The translations under genes were made by a program, and so were the position numbers. A stretch of DNA of 64,000 bases from Opitutaceae bacterium. Its GTDB lineage: Bacteria > Verrucomicrobiota > Verrucomicrobiia > Opitutales > Opitutaceae. The stretch spans positions 3,724,531-3,788,530 of the forward strand of contig OZ257259.1 in NCBI GenBank assembly GCA_965279695.1. Direction: 5' to 3'. Under the pieces are notes generated by a model. It was not told the origin of the DNA. It worked only from the letters and a program-made list of their open reading frames with translations, and made no database searches. Below, piece after piece: positions 47,644 through 57,413 of this stretch (positions are counted from its first letter, which is position 1; the number at the start of each line of letters is the position of its first letter).

Positions 47644-48885
47644 TTATTTTATGGCAGCGGATTTGGCCCGCCACACGACGAATTCCAAAAACAGACCCCA
47701 CTCGCGCGGGCCGAGCGGGGCGGTGCCGCGGCGATATTGGTCGGAGATGAGTTGGCCGAGGGCGTCGAGCGCCGCGGCGGAGTGCGATTCGCGCAGGAAC
47801 GCCGTGTCGCTGGCGAATGCGCGGTTCACGAAGAGCAGTGCTTCCATCGCCTTGTCTTTGTTGGCCGTGCCGGGGCCGAGGATTTCCGCGTTGCGGGTCC
47901 GCAACCCGAGGAGGAGAGCCTGTCTGATTTCAGCCCGGTCCGGATGATCCGCCGGCAACACCGCGGCGAGCTGCGCGAGCGCCCGCATCATGATGTAGTG
48001 GTAGGCGGGGCGCGCATTGTGGGCGTCGACCCAACGTCCCGCGTGCGGGCCGTCGGTGAGCTGGCCCGGGATCACACCGACGCAGGCTTTGTGCACCGCG
48101 GCGTCGAGGTAGCGGCGCTCGCCCGTCGCGCGAAACGCTTCGGCGAGCAGAGCGACGCTGAAGCTGTTGTAATTCCAATTGCGCGCGAGCGGTCGTTTCT
48201 CCGCCCAGTCGGCCGCCTTCCGCGCCGACGTGAGATATTTTTCATCCTTCGTCGCGGCGTAGAGCTCGAACAGCGCGATGCCCGCTTCGCCGTTGTCGAA
48301 CTGCAGACCGCCGTCTCCGAGGTCGTCGATGGTCCATCCTCGATGCACCACTTGATCTAGTTTTCCCGCGCGCACGGCCTTCGCGAGAAACTGATCCGCG
48401 GCCACAAAGGCCTTGTCGCGCGTCTCGCCGCGCACGGCGGGAAACGGAAACACGCCCGTGCCACCCTCGGCCTGCGCCCACACCAGAAAATCCCCGGCCT
48501 CGCGGGCAAACGCGAGCGAGCGCGGCGCGCCGTCGAGCTCCGCGCGCACGGCGTGCACGCAGCCTGACACAACGGCCGCCGGTTCGCGCAGCGCGTGCGT
48601 GAGCTTCGCGGGTTCGAGGCCGATTTTCCACCAGCGGAGTTGCGCGAGTTTGCCGTGCATTTTGGCAAACGCCCCCTGCGCCTCGGCGGCCGTGAGCCAG
48701 CGCGCGTCACGCGGGATGGCGATAAATTTGTCCGGCACTTCCGGCACGCCGGCTTTGTCGCCGAGTTTCTCGCGATAGGCGGCGACCTCGGCGCGGATGG
48801 CCGTGAGCTCGTCGGCTGCGCAAAGCGAACCAATGAGCACGACGATGCACACGAAATATCGGCCGAGAAATACAGTGGGGCTCAT
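47644..48885 (-). CDS. Hypothetical membrane-anchored/secreted protein, possible alpha/alpha-toroid fold
   Basis: The start is moved to MSPTVFLGRYFVCIVVLIGSLCAADE (signal/anchor). I recognise no catalytic motif. It is co-oriented with the esterase, with a 27-bp gap. Confidence 0.4.
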   Translation of the reverse strand: MSPTVFLGRYFVCIVVLIGSLCAADELTAIRAEVAAYREKLGDKAGVPEVPDKFIAIPRDARWLTAAEAQGAFAKMHGKLAQLRWWKIGLEPAKLTHALREPAAVVSGCVHAVRAELDGAPRSLAFAREAGDFLVWAQAEGGTGVFPFPAVRGETRDKAFVAADQFLAKAVRAGKLDQVVHRGWTIDDLGDGGLQFDNGEAGIALFELYAATKDEKYLTSARKAADWAEKRPLARNWNYNSFSVALLAEAFRATGERRYLDAAVHKACVGVIPGQLTDGPHAGRWVDAHNARPAYHYIMMRALAQLAAVLPADHPDRAEIRQALLLGLRTRNAEILGPGTANKDKAMEALLFVNRAFASDTAFLRESHSAAALDALGQLISDQYRRGTAPLGPREWGLFLEFVVWRAKSAAIK

Positions 48886-48990
48886 CGCAGTAGAGGGGGC
48901 GGCCGCAGCTTCGGACAGTTTTCCGGTCGCGGCGAGCGACGGCTTGTATCTGCACCGGCGCGGTCCGACGCTCCGCGCGTTACCTCCACC

Positions 48991-50403
48991 ATGACCGCTC
49001 CCCTCGCCCCTTCGCCCGCCACCTCGCGTCGCACGTTTTTGAAACACTCGGCGCTCGCCGCCGGTGCGGCCGCGGTGAGTTTTCCCGCGGTGCTGCGCGC
49101 CGCGAATCCCAACAGCCGCGTGCAGGTCGCCGCCATCGGTGCCGACGGCCAGGGCTTCAGCGATCTGCACAATATCTCAAAACACGCGCAGGCGGCGTTC
49201 GTGGGGTTTTGCGATGTCGACACCGCGCGGTTCAAGCGCGCCGACGCCGCGGTGCCCGGCGTGCCGCACTTTCGCGATTTTCGCGAGATGCTCGCGCAGC
49301 TCGGCGACAAGGTCGACGCGGTGTGCATCGCGATCCCCGACCACATGCACGCTCTCGCCGCCATCGAGGCGATGAAGCGCGGCAAACACGTTTACTGCCA
49401 AAAACCGCTCGCGCAGACCGTCTGGGAGGCGCGCCAGATGCGCCTCTGGGCCGAGCGGAAAAACGTCGTTACCCAGATGGGCAACCACATCCACTCCGCC
49501 GTCGAATATCGCCTCGCCACGCGCCTGATCCGCGATGGCGCGATCGGCAAAGTGAAGGAAGTTTACTCGTGGGTCTCCGTCTCCGGCAACGAGCGCACGC
49601 GCCTCCTAGAGCCCACGAGTTCCGGTCCTGTGCCGGAGAATCTCGATTGGAATCTCTGGATCGGCGGCGCGCCCATGCGGCCCTACGCGCCGGTGATTTA
49701 CCACCCGTTCGCGTGGCGCGATTGGCAGGACTTCGGCGGCGGCGCGATCGGGGATTTCGCGTGCCACATTCTCGACCCGGTCTTCACCGCGCTCGGCCTG
49801 CGCGCGCCGCTCACGATCGGCGCCGACAACAGCGGCATCAACCGCCACATCTGGCCCACCGCGGAAACCGTGAAATACGTTTTCCCCGGCACGGAATTTA
49901 CCGCCGGTCCGCAGATCAACGTTACCTGGTCCGACGGCGGCCTCCGCCCCGACCGCAAACTCGCGCAGCTCCCGCCCGAGCTCGATCTGCCGCGCAGCGG
50001 TTCGCTCTTCCTCGGCGAAAAGGGCAATCTCGTGCTGCCACACGTCGGCGGCCCGCGCCTCTACCCGGTGGATAATTTCAAGGACTTCGCCTATCCAAAA
50101 GACATCAAGGGCCTGAACCACTACCACCGGTGGATTGACGCGATCCTCGGCGGCACGAAGACAAGCGACGGTTTCGACTACGCCGGCTGGCTCAGCGAGA
50201 CGGCGCAGCTCGGCAATATCGCGACGCGCGTCGTGCGCCGTCCGGCGAATCCGCGCGGGGCCTTGAGCACGCAGCCCGCCGATCTCAACGTGCTCCAGTG
50301 GGACGCTGACGCTCTCCGCATCACGAACGATCCCGCCGCCCACGCCCTGCTCACGCGCCCCTATCGCCCCGGCTGGGAAGTGACGCCCGCGCCGGGTGCT
50401 TAG
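48991..50403 (+). CDS. Tat-exported Gfo/Idh/MocA family NAD-binding oxidoreductase (GH109-like architecture)
   Basis: The twin-arginine signal is SRRTFLKHSALAAGAAAVSFPAVLRA. The Rossmann region is VQVAAIGADGQG. The Gfo/Idh/MocA C-terminal domain is present. Confidence 0.8.
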   Translation: MTAPLAPSPATSRRTFLKHSALAAGAAAVSFPAVLRAANPNSRVQVAAIGADGQGFSDLHNISKHAQAAFVGFCDVDTARFKRADAAVPGVPHFRDFREMLAQLGDKVDAVCIAIPDHMHALAAIEAMKRGKHVYCQKPLAQTVWEARQMRLWAERKNVVTQMGNHIHSAVEYRLATRLIRDGAIGKVKEVYSWVSVSGNERTRLLEPTSSGPVPENLDWNLWIGGAPMRPYAPVIYHPFAWRDWQDFGGGAIGDFACHILDPVFTALGLRAPLTIGADNSGINRHIWPTAETVKYVFPGTEFTAGPQINVTWSDGGLRPDRKLAQLPPELDLPRSGSLFLGEKGNLVLPHVGGPRLYPVDNFKDFAYPKDIKGLNHYHRWIDAILGGTKTSDGFDYAGWLSETAQLGNIATRVVRRPANPRGALSTQPADLNVLQWDADALRITNDPAAHALLTRPYRPGWEVTPAPGA

Positions 50404-50435
50404 CGGGGGGCCGCAAACGGAATCGCGGCGTATCG

Positions 50436-51191
50436 CTACTCACCCGCCGCCACCATCGCTCCGGGGAGGCGCGGCTTTAGATCGGGCCAGTAGAGCCGCC
50501 CCACCGGCAGGTCTTTGGCCAACCCGTGCACTTGCAGCAAAACGGACTTCTGCACATCGCGCCGAAACCCGGTCAGGCGCGCGAGATTCACAATCACCGC
50601 GCGGTGCACGCGCATGAACTGCGTCGTCGGGAGAATTTCCTCCCACGCTTTCAAGCTGCGCCGCACGAGCACGCTGCTGCCGTCGGCGAGGTGCACGAGC
50701 GAGTAGTTCTCCTCCGCCTCGATCGCGCTCAAATCCATGATCGGGGCGAACCTCGCCGAGGAACCCGAGCTGAGATGGATGATATCGTCGGGGCGCAGTG
50801 CCATGCCCGTCTCGGCCGGCGGCGCACTCTCGTCCTGCCCGGCCGGTGGCTCCAACCGCGTGAGCGCCCGCGCCAGCCGCTCGGCCTTCACGGGCTTGAG
50901 CAGGTAGTCGAGAGCGTTGACCTCAAACGCGCGCACCGCGTGCTCGTTGAACGCCGTCACAAAAATAATTTTCGCGCCGGCTTTCACGTTTGGCACCAGA
51001 TCGAACCCAGTGCCGCCGATGATCTGGATATCGAGAAACACGAGGCCGTAGTCGGCCTCGGCGAGCAGCGCGCGCGCGGATTTCACCGTCGCCGCTTCGC
51101 CGACGATTTCGATCTCCGGATGCGCGGCGAGCATCGCGCGCATATCAGTGCGGGCGGTTTTCTCGTCGTCGATGAGGAGCGCGCGGATCAT
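50436..51191 (-). CDS. LytTR-family response regulator (REC + LytTR DNA-binding domain)
   Basis: The REC domain is MIRALLIDDEKTARTDMRAMLAAHPEIEIVGEA...FLDIQI. It has a C-terminal LytTR domain. The start ATG overlaps the upstream kinase stop (ATGA). Confidence 0.85.
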   Translation of the reverse strand: MIRALLIDDEKTARTDMRAMLAAHPEIEIVGEAATVKSARALLAEADYGLVFLDIQIIGGTGFDLVPNVKAGAKIIFVTAFNEHAVRAFEVNALDYLLKPVKAERLARALTRLEPPAGQDESAPPAETGMALRPDDIIHLSSGSSARFAPIMDLSAIEAEENYSLVHLADGSSVLVRRSLKAWEEILPTTQFMRVHRAVIVNLARLTGFRRDVQKSVLLQVHGLAKDLPVGRLYWPDLKPRLPGAMVAAGE

Positions 51192-54100
51192 TTCGCAAGG
51201 GTGGCGGACTTCAGCTCTAGGCGCACGCGCACCCAGCCGTCGACTACGGAGTGCGTGAACACATGCGCATCCGGATAGTGGCGACGCAGCCGTTCGCGCA
51301 GATTGTCGTGACCGATGCCCGTCGAGGGAATCCCCGGCCGCGAGCCGCGCTCGACCCACGTGCCGGTGTTCGAAATTTCAAACACGAGCGCGTTTTCGCC
51401 CGCGCCGGACAGGCGCTGTGCGGAGATTTTCAGGCCGAGCGTATCTTCACTCGTGGCCTGGCCGTATTTGAGCGCGTTCTCCACGAGCGGCAGCAGCAGC
51501 AGCCGCGGCATGAGCACGCCATCGAGCGACCCATCGACGTTGAACTCCACGCTGAGCAACTCGCCCATGCGCGTCTGCTCGATGTCCAGATACGCGCGCA
51601 GCATGGCAATTTCCTCGCCCACCGTCGTGCGCTCCTCGGCTTTGCGGCCCGTGAGCGTGAGCCGGCAAAAATCCGCGAGCCGATCGAGCGTGTCGCGCGC
51701 CGAGCCCAGCGCCGGCGGGATCTGCGAGCGGATCGACGTGAGCGAGTTGAAGAGAAAGTGCGGGTTGAGCTGATAACGCAGCACGTCGAGCTGCGCTTTT
51801 TCCGCAGCGAGGCGCGCCGTGATTTTCTCGTCCAGCTCCAGTTTATGGAGACGCGCGAGTTCGCCGTTCTGCCGGCGCAGATCGTCTGTGCGAGTCGCGA
51901 CGATTTTTTCGAGCTGCTCGTTTTTCTTCCGCAGAGCGCGCGTGCGCAGCCGCACCGAACCGAAAATCGTCAGGCCCAGCATCGCCGCGTAGCCGCCATA
52001 CGCCCACCACGTCCGCCACCACGGCGGCAAAATCGTAAATGCCAGCGTCGCCGGTGCACTCAGGTGGCCGTCGATATCGCGGGCCTGCACTTCGAAGCGG
52101 TAGCGGCCGGTATCAAGCCGGGGAAACTCGCGCCGCCGCTCAAGGTCCCACGTCGACCACGCGCCTTCCTCGCCGACGAGCCGGGAGCGGTATCTTACGG
52201 CGTGGTGCGGGGCAAATCGCGGCGCCATAAAGCGGAATTCCACCGAGCGGCGATCATAGGACAGTGCGCCACCATCGCGAAGGCCGGAGACCGGCGACCA
52301 CACCGAGGCGGCGTAGCCAACCGGTGGAGTCAACGCGCGCGTGACGTCCACTCGCACGACTCCGGTGGTGCCGGCGACCCACAGCACGCGCCCGTCGGGC
52401 CCCGGCTCTTCATGAAAACACGTCGCCGAAGTCAAAAGCTGCTTCACGCTTTGCGGCAGGGTTTGGATGCCGCCGCCGCGCGCGAACCGATGGACGCGCG
52501 ATTCGCTGAGCGATGTCTTGAACGAATTCGCCACCCAGAGCGCTTCGGGAGAGTTCGCCCCGATGAAATTGCCGCCAAACTTATAGGGGCCCGGCATCGC
52601 GTCCACGCCGCGCAACGGCACGAATTTTCGGACCGCCGGATCGAACTCCAAGAGCGTCGGGCTCACCGACATCGTGAACACGAGCTGTTCACCCCACCGG
52701 ACCACGCGAGCGGAGGTGGGGTGGCCGTCGCCGGGAGGAAAAAACTCAATCGCCGGCGTAATGCCCGTGGCGTTGTCCGCAGTCCCGGGGGGCAGCACGA
52801 CGCGGGCAAACCCGCGGGTTGTGGTCGAGACCCAGATCGCACCGTCGGGCGCCTCGGCCAATCCTTGCAGGCGCTCGTTGTCGAGCTCCTTGACGCGAAA
52901 GGCGCTTTGCCAGCCGGCGACGTCCCGGCGCAGCACAGTGAGACCGATGGTTTTGGCGAGCCACAGCCACGAAGGGTGGGCCGCCGAGTGGTGCAGTGCC
53001 ACGACAGTGCCGCGGTCGGGCCGCTTCGACGACGTCAGCTCGCCGCCCGCATTCAAGTGGAAGATTTTCTCGACCGTGGCCGCCCAAAGACCCGTTTCGT
53101 CGGCGTGGAGCGAGAGAAAGGAGCCCTCGATCACCTGTTCCCATTTCGCCGGTTGCGTCGGGCCATCCGCCGGGCGCAGTCGATAGATGCCCCGGCCCGT
53201 GGAGGCGTAGAGTGAACCGGCATGCCGGCACAATTTTTGGACCGTTCCCTTTGGCAGGCCATCCGCTTCGTCGAACACCGTCACGGCTGGCCCCCAGCCC
53301 ACGTGGGCGAGGCCGCGGTTCAGGCCCAGCCAATATCCGCCCGTGCGTTCTGGGGTGAGGCTGACGACGGAGTCAGCCGGTAAGCCGTTGGTGTCGTCGA
53401 GGACTTTGAGAAAGCGCCCGTCGGCGGCCAGCAACCAAAGGCCCTTACGGCCGATGATCTTGAGCGCCAAAGATCCGTCCTGTAACTGCCAGATCCGGTT
53501 AATCCTGAGTCCGCTCAGCACGGCATCGAGTCCCGTGGGCCAAGGTGCGATTCTTCCGTCCCGCAGCGTGTGAAACTGCGCCCGTTCCGTGCCGATCAGG
53601 ACCGCTCCGTCCGGCGTTTTGCCCATGAGCAGCACCAGGTTTTTCAAGAACAGGGGATCGCGATGAGTGACCGTGAAGCGGGTCCCTTCGAAGAGCATGA
53701 GCGGTCGCTCTCTGGCCTGGAAATAGAGCTGGCCGTCGACGACATGGAACAGCCCCGGGTCTTCCAGTTTCTGCACCGTGAGTTTGCCATTTCGCCAGAC
53801 CACCAGGCTCGTGGGCGTCACCGCGTAGATCGTGTCGCCGTGGGCGATCATATGGTTGATACTTTTGAAATCGCGCTCCGGCTCGGCGAGTTGCTCCACC
53901 AGCGACTCGAACGTGTGGGTTCCATCCCGTTGGTCCCGCAATGCTCCAAAGACGCCGGTGCCTCCGACATAGACGACCCCGTCTTGCCCCAACACCAGCT
54001 GGCGGCAGCCAACTTGGGACTTCGGAATCCGGCGCCACGTCGCACCATCGAAGGAGATCAGACCCGGGCCGTCGCAAAAGAAGAGCACTCCCGACTTATC

Positions 54101-54271
54101 CTGGACGACGGCCATGATCTGGGCGCTGGTGCCATTGAAGTCCTGCTGGGAGTAGGTTTTCACCACGAGCCGGCCGAGCTCGTTGGCCACGGGAGCGGAC
54201 TCCGTGCGGCCCACCGCGGCGCAGCCCGCAAGGCAGATGACGAGAACGAGACGGAGCAGCGTGCGTCTCAT
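51188..54271 (-). CDS. Sensor histidine kinase: periplasmic beta-propeller repeats + Y_Y_Y domain + TM + LytS-type His_kinase (PF06580-like) + HATPase
   Basis: It has a signal peptide. The Y_Y_Y segment is VRYRSRLVGEEGAWSTWD...RYRFEVQARD. The TM helix is WWAYGGYAAMLGLTIFG. There is a coiled coil. The LytS-type H-box is LRYQLNPHFLFNSLTSI. The C-terminus is ATPase. Confidence 0.85.
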   Translation of the reverse strand: MRRTLLRLVLVICLAGCAAVGRTESAPVANELGRLVVKTYSQQDFNGTSAQIMAVVQDKSGVLFFCDGPGLISFDGATWRRIPKSQVGCRQLVLGQDGVVYVGGTGVFGALRDQRDGTHTFESLVEQLAEPERDFKSINHMIAHGDTIYAVTPTSLVVWRNGKLTVQKLEDPGLFHVVDGQLYFQARERPLMLFEGTRFTVTHRDPLFLKNLVLLMGKTPDGAVLIGTERAQFHTLRDGRIAPWPTGLDAVLSGLRINRIWQLQDGSLALKIIGRKGLWLLAADGRFLKVLDDTNGLPADSVVSLTPERTGGYWLGLNRGLAHVGWGPAVTVFDEADGLPKGTVQKLCRHAGSLYASTGRGIYRLRPADGPTQPAKWEQVIEGSFLSLHADETGLWAATVEKIFHLNAGGELTSSKRPDRGTVVALHHSAAHPSWLWLAKTIGLTVLRRDVAGWQSAFRVKELDNERLQGLAEAPDGAIWVSTTTRGFARVVLPPGTADNATGITPAIEFFPPGDGHPTSARVVRWGEQLVFTMSVSPTLLEFDPAVRKFVPLRGVDAMPGPYKFGGNFIGANSPEALWVANSFKTSLSESRVHRFARGGGIQTLPQSVKQLLTSATCFHEEPGPDGRVLWVAGTTGVVRVDVTRALTPPVGYAASVWSPVSGLRDGGALSYDRRSVEFRFMAPRFAPHHAVRYRSRLVGEEGAWSTWDLERRREFPRLDTGRYRFEVQARDIDGHLSAPATLAFTILPPWWRTWWAYGGYAAMLGLTIFGSVRLRTRALRKKNEQLEKIVATRTDDLRRQNGELARLHKLELDEKITARLAAEKAQLDVLRYQLNPHFLFNSLTSIRSQIPPALGSARDTLDRLADFCRLTLTGRKAEERTTVGEEIAMLRAYLDIEQTRMGELLSVEFNVDGSLDGVLMPRLLLLPLVENALKYGQATSEDTLGLKISAQRLSGAGENALVFEISNTGTWVERGSRPGIPSTGIGHDNLRERLRRHYPDAHVFTHSVVDGWVRVRLELKSATLAK

Positions 54272-57200
54272 GAGGAACGAGGCGGCATGCGCAACGCTAG
54301 GCGCACGCGCACCCAGCCGTCCATCGTCGAGTGGGTAAACGCATGCGCATCCGGATAGTGGCGACGCAGCCGTTCGCGGAGATTATCGTGCCCGATGCCC
54401 GTCGAGGGAATCCCCGGCCGCGAGCCGCGCTCCACCCACGTGCCGGTATTCGAAATTTCAAACACGAGCGCGTTTTCACCCGCGTCGGGCAGGCGCTGCG
54501 CGGAAATTTTTAGGGCCAACATCTCTTCGCTCGTGGCCTGGCCGTATTTGAGCGCGTTTTCCACCAGCGGCAGCAGCAGTAGCCGTGGCATGAACACACC
54601 GTCGAGCGACGTATCGACGGCAAACTCCACGCTGAGCAACTCACCCATGCGCGTCTGCTCGATGTCCAGATACGCGCGCAGCATGGCAATTTCCTCGCCC
54701 ACCGTCGTGCGCTCTTCGGCTTTGCGACCGGTCAGCGTGAGTCGGCAAAAATCTGCGAGGCGGTCGAGTGTGTCGCGCGCCGAGCCGAGCGCAGGAGGGA
54801 TCTGCGAGCGGATCGACGTGAGCGAGTTGAAGAGAAAGTGCGGGTTGAGCTGATAACGCAGCACGTCGAGCTGCGCTTTTTCCGCAGCGAGGCGCGCCGT
54901 GATTTTTTCGTCGAGCTCGAGTTTGTGCAGACGCGCGAGCTCGCCGTTTTGCCGGCGGAGATCGTCCGTGCGCGTCGCGACGATTTTTTCGAGCTGCTCG
55001 TTTTTCTTCTGCAACGCGCGGGTGCGCAGGCGCGCGAAGCCGAGGAGAGCGGCGCCGAAAGCGAGCGTGTAGCCGCCGTAGGCCCACCCGGTGCGCCACC
55101 ACGGCGGCAACACGGAGAAAGCGATCGTCGCCGATGTGCCGATACGTCCATCGGCGTCGCGCGGCTGCACTTCAAACGTGTAAGCGCCTTCGCGGAGATT
55201 GGTAAACGAACGCCGATGTTCCCGCGACCAAGCAGTCCATTCGTCTTCGAAACCGACGAGCCGCGTGCGGTAGTCGGGCGCCTCGTAGGTCGGCGCGGTG
55301 GGCGCGACAAAATCGAAATCGACCGAGTTGCGCGCCGCGGGCTGCACGGCGCCCGGGGCGAGTTCGCGGCCGTTGACGAGCGCGGCGAGCGACGGCGACG
55401 ACGCAAACGCCCGCGCAAGCTCGACGCGCACGACGCCGTCGGTGCCGCCGATCCAGAGCACGCCCTCCCCGACGTCTTCGTAGAGCGCCGAATTTTCGCG
55501 CAGAGCGCTGCTGATGGGATAAGGGAGCGTTTCGAGTTTTTCGCCACTGAGGCGATGGACTCCGGGACCGGGTGGAGTTTCGCGGTCGTGGTCGAGCGTG
55601 AGCACCCAGAGGTGGCGCGGGTTTTGGGGTGCCAGGGCGACGGCGTTGAGTTCGAGCGTAGCGGGCAGCGGCACCAAGCCCGTGAACGGCGCGAAGGCCC
55701 GCTTTGCTTCGTCGAAGCGGAGGATCTCGTGGCTATTGCCGAGGAGAAAATAGGTCTCGTCGCGCCACGTGCCGAGCCGGGCGCGGCTGCGTTTCATGTC
55801 TTCCCCAGGCCCGGCGAGAAAACGTTCCACCTTGGCCCCAGTGGCAGGGGCGGACGTTCCGGGGGTGATTTGGAAATATCCCTGGCTATCGATCCCCACC
55901 CAAAGCTGGCCGGTCGGCGTTTCGGAAATCGCGCGCACCATGCCGGACAAACCGGGCACCAAACCTTCATTGCGCCAGCCGGTCGGTGTTTCGCGAAAGG
56001 CGCGGAGGCCGTCGGCGTGTCCGATCCAGCGCAGGCTCGGGTCGCGCTTCGAACGCAACATCGCGTAAGCGAGCGTCGGCAAAGGCGTGACGGTGGTGAA
56101 ACCCGTCGGCGTGAGGCGGATGATTTTGTGATCGGCGACACCGTAGAGATCGGCGCCCTCGGAAATGAGGGCGAAGACTCCGCCAGTAAACACGCGCTCG
56201 AATTTCGCCGGTGTCTGCGGCGCGCGCCCGGGGAGCAGGCGAAAGAGGCCCGTGCTATTGCCGACGTAAAGCGTGCCGTCGTGACGCGCGATCGCGCTGA
56301 CAATGGCCCGGTCCAATCCGTTGGCGGTTTGAAATAACGTCGTAGCGGCAGGCCAATCGACGTAGGCCGTGCCGTAGTCGAGACACAGCCAGAGTCCGCC
56401 GTGGCGGCTGGCGGCCAGACCGTAGACGACGCTGTTGGGCAGGCCCGTGGTGGCGTCGAGATAGTTGAGAAACGCGCCGTCCGCGCCGATGAGCGCGAGA
56501 CCGCCGCCGGACGCGGCTGCAAACGCGACGGCGACCGAACCGTCGGCGAGGCGAAGTGCGCGGTAGATTTGTTTCGTTTTAAACAACTCGTCGATCGCCG
56601 TGACCCAACGCGTGGCGCGGCCGGTGGCGAGGTCGAGATGGGAGAGTCCGTGCTTGGCCGAGGCCACGAGGAGAGTGCCGGGAGTGGGGCCGGGGCCGAG
56701 GTAGCGGCTGATATCGCCGAGGAAAATCGGATCTTCGGATACGCGCACGAGGCGGTCGCCTTCGATGCGCTGGAGCGGAGAGTTGGGCGAATGGAGAAAA
56801 ACCTGATCGGCGACGACATCGAGTCGGCCCACGGCATGGGGGATATGCGCAAAGCGGCCGGCCCGGAAAATCAGGAGATGTTTCCCCGTCGTGAAATAAA
56901 CCGCGTCGCCGTGCGCGACGATTTGGAAGACCTCTTGGAAATCACGCGCGGCCTCGGGCAGGTCGCCGAGGAGAGAGACGTGTTCGTGGCGTCCGCCCGG
57001 CAACGGACGGAGCCAGCCAAGATCGCCGAGCGAACCGACGTAAATGCGACCGTCGGCGGCGAGTGCGACCGCCCGCGTGACAGGGGAGAAGCGCTCGGCG
57101 CGAGTGATGCGCGAGGTAGCTCCATCATAGGTGACGATGCCGGCGGAGTTGGCGAAGTGCACACGGCCGGCGGCATCCTCCACGGCCGCCCAGTTCTGGG

Positions 57201-57342
57201 TGGCTGCATTGGTGGGCGCGGGCTCGAAGGCACGGATCGCCGGGCGCCCATGCTCGGACGTCGTGCGAGGCACCGCCGCGCACACCTGCCACGCCGCGAA
57301 GAAAAACGCGGCATGCAGCAAGTGGGGAATTCGGCGTCGCAT
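54268..57342 (-). CDS. Sensor histidine kinase paralog (propeller + Y_Y_Y + LytS-type kinase core); C-terminal ~265 aa ~95% identical to downstream kinase
   Basis: It has the same domain order as the downstream kinase. The start is moved to the signal-peptide Met MRRRIPHLLHAAFFFAAWQVCAA (57342). The stop overlaps the downstream kinase start (ATGA). Confidence 0.85.
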   Translation of the reverse strand: MRRRIPHLLHAAFFFAAWQVCAAVPRTTSEHGRPAIRAFEPAPTNAATQNWAAVEDAAGRVHFANSAGIVTYDGATSRITRAERFSPVTRAVALAADGRIYVGSLGDLGWLRPLPGGRHEHVSLLGDLPEAARDFQEVFQIVAHGDAVYFTTGKHLLIFRAGRFAHIPHAVGRLDVVADQVFLHSPNSPLQRIEGDRLVRVSEDPIFLGDISRYLGPGPTPGTLLVASAKHGLSHLDLATGRATRWVTAIDELFKTKQIYRALRLADGSVAVAFAAASGGGLALIGADGAFLNYLDATTGLPNSVVYGLAASRHGGLWLCLDYGTAYVDWPAATTLFQTANGLDRAIVSAIARHDGTLYVGNSTGLFRLLPGRAPQTPAKFERVFTGGVFALISEGADLYGVADHKIIRLTPTGFTTVTPLPTLAYAMLRSKRDPSLRWIGHADGLRAFRETPTGWRNEGLVPGLSGMVRAISETPTGQLWVGIDSQGYFQITPGTSAPATGAKVERFLAGPGEDMKRSRARLGTWRDETYFLLGNSHEILRFDEAKRAFAPFTGLVPLPATLELNAVALAPQNPRHLWVLTLDHDRETPPGPGVHRLSGEKLETLPYPISSALRENSALYEDVGEGVLWIGGTDGVVRVELARAFASSPSLAALVNGRELAPGAVQPAARNSVDFDFVAPTAPTYEAPDYRTRLVGFEDEWTAWSREHRRSFTNLREGAYTFEVQPRDADGRIGTSATIAFSVLPPWWRTGWAYGGYTLAFGAALLGFARLRTRALQKKNEQLEKIVATRTDDLRRQNGELARLHKLELDEKITARLAAEKAQLDVLRYQLNPHFLFNSLTSIRSQIPPALGSARDTLDRLADFCRLTLTGRKAEERTTVGEEIAMLRAYLDIEQTRMGELLSVEFAVDTSLDGVFMPRLLLLPLVENALKYGQATSEEMLALKISAQRLPDAGENALVFEISNTGTWVERGSRPGIPSTGIGHDNLRERLRRHYPDAHAFTHSTMDGWVRVRLALRMPPRSS

Positions 57343-57413
57343 GTCTGCCTGAGGCTGGGCGCCACCGAAAAGCCGCCAAGGAATTTTCCGTGAGCAGTTT
57401 CCGCAGGGGGACG

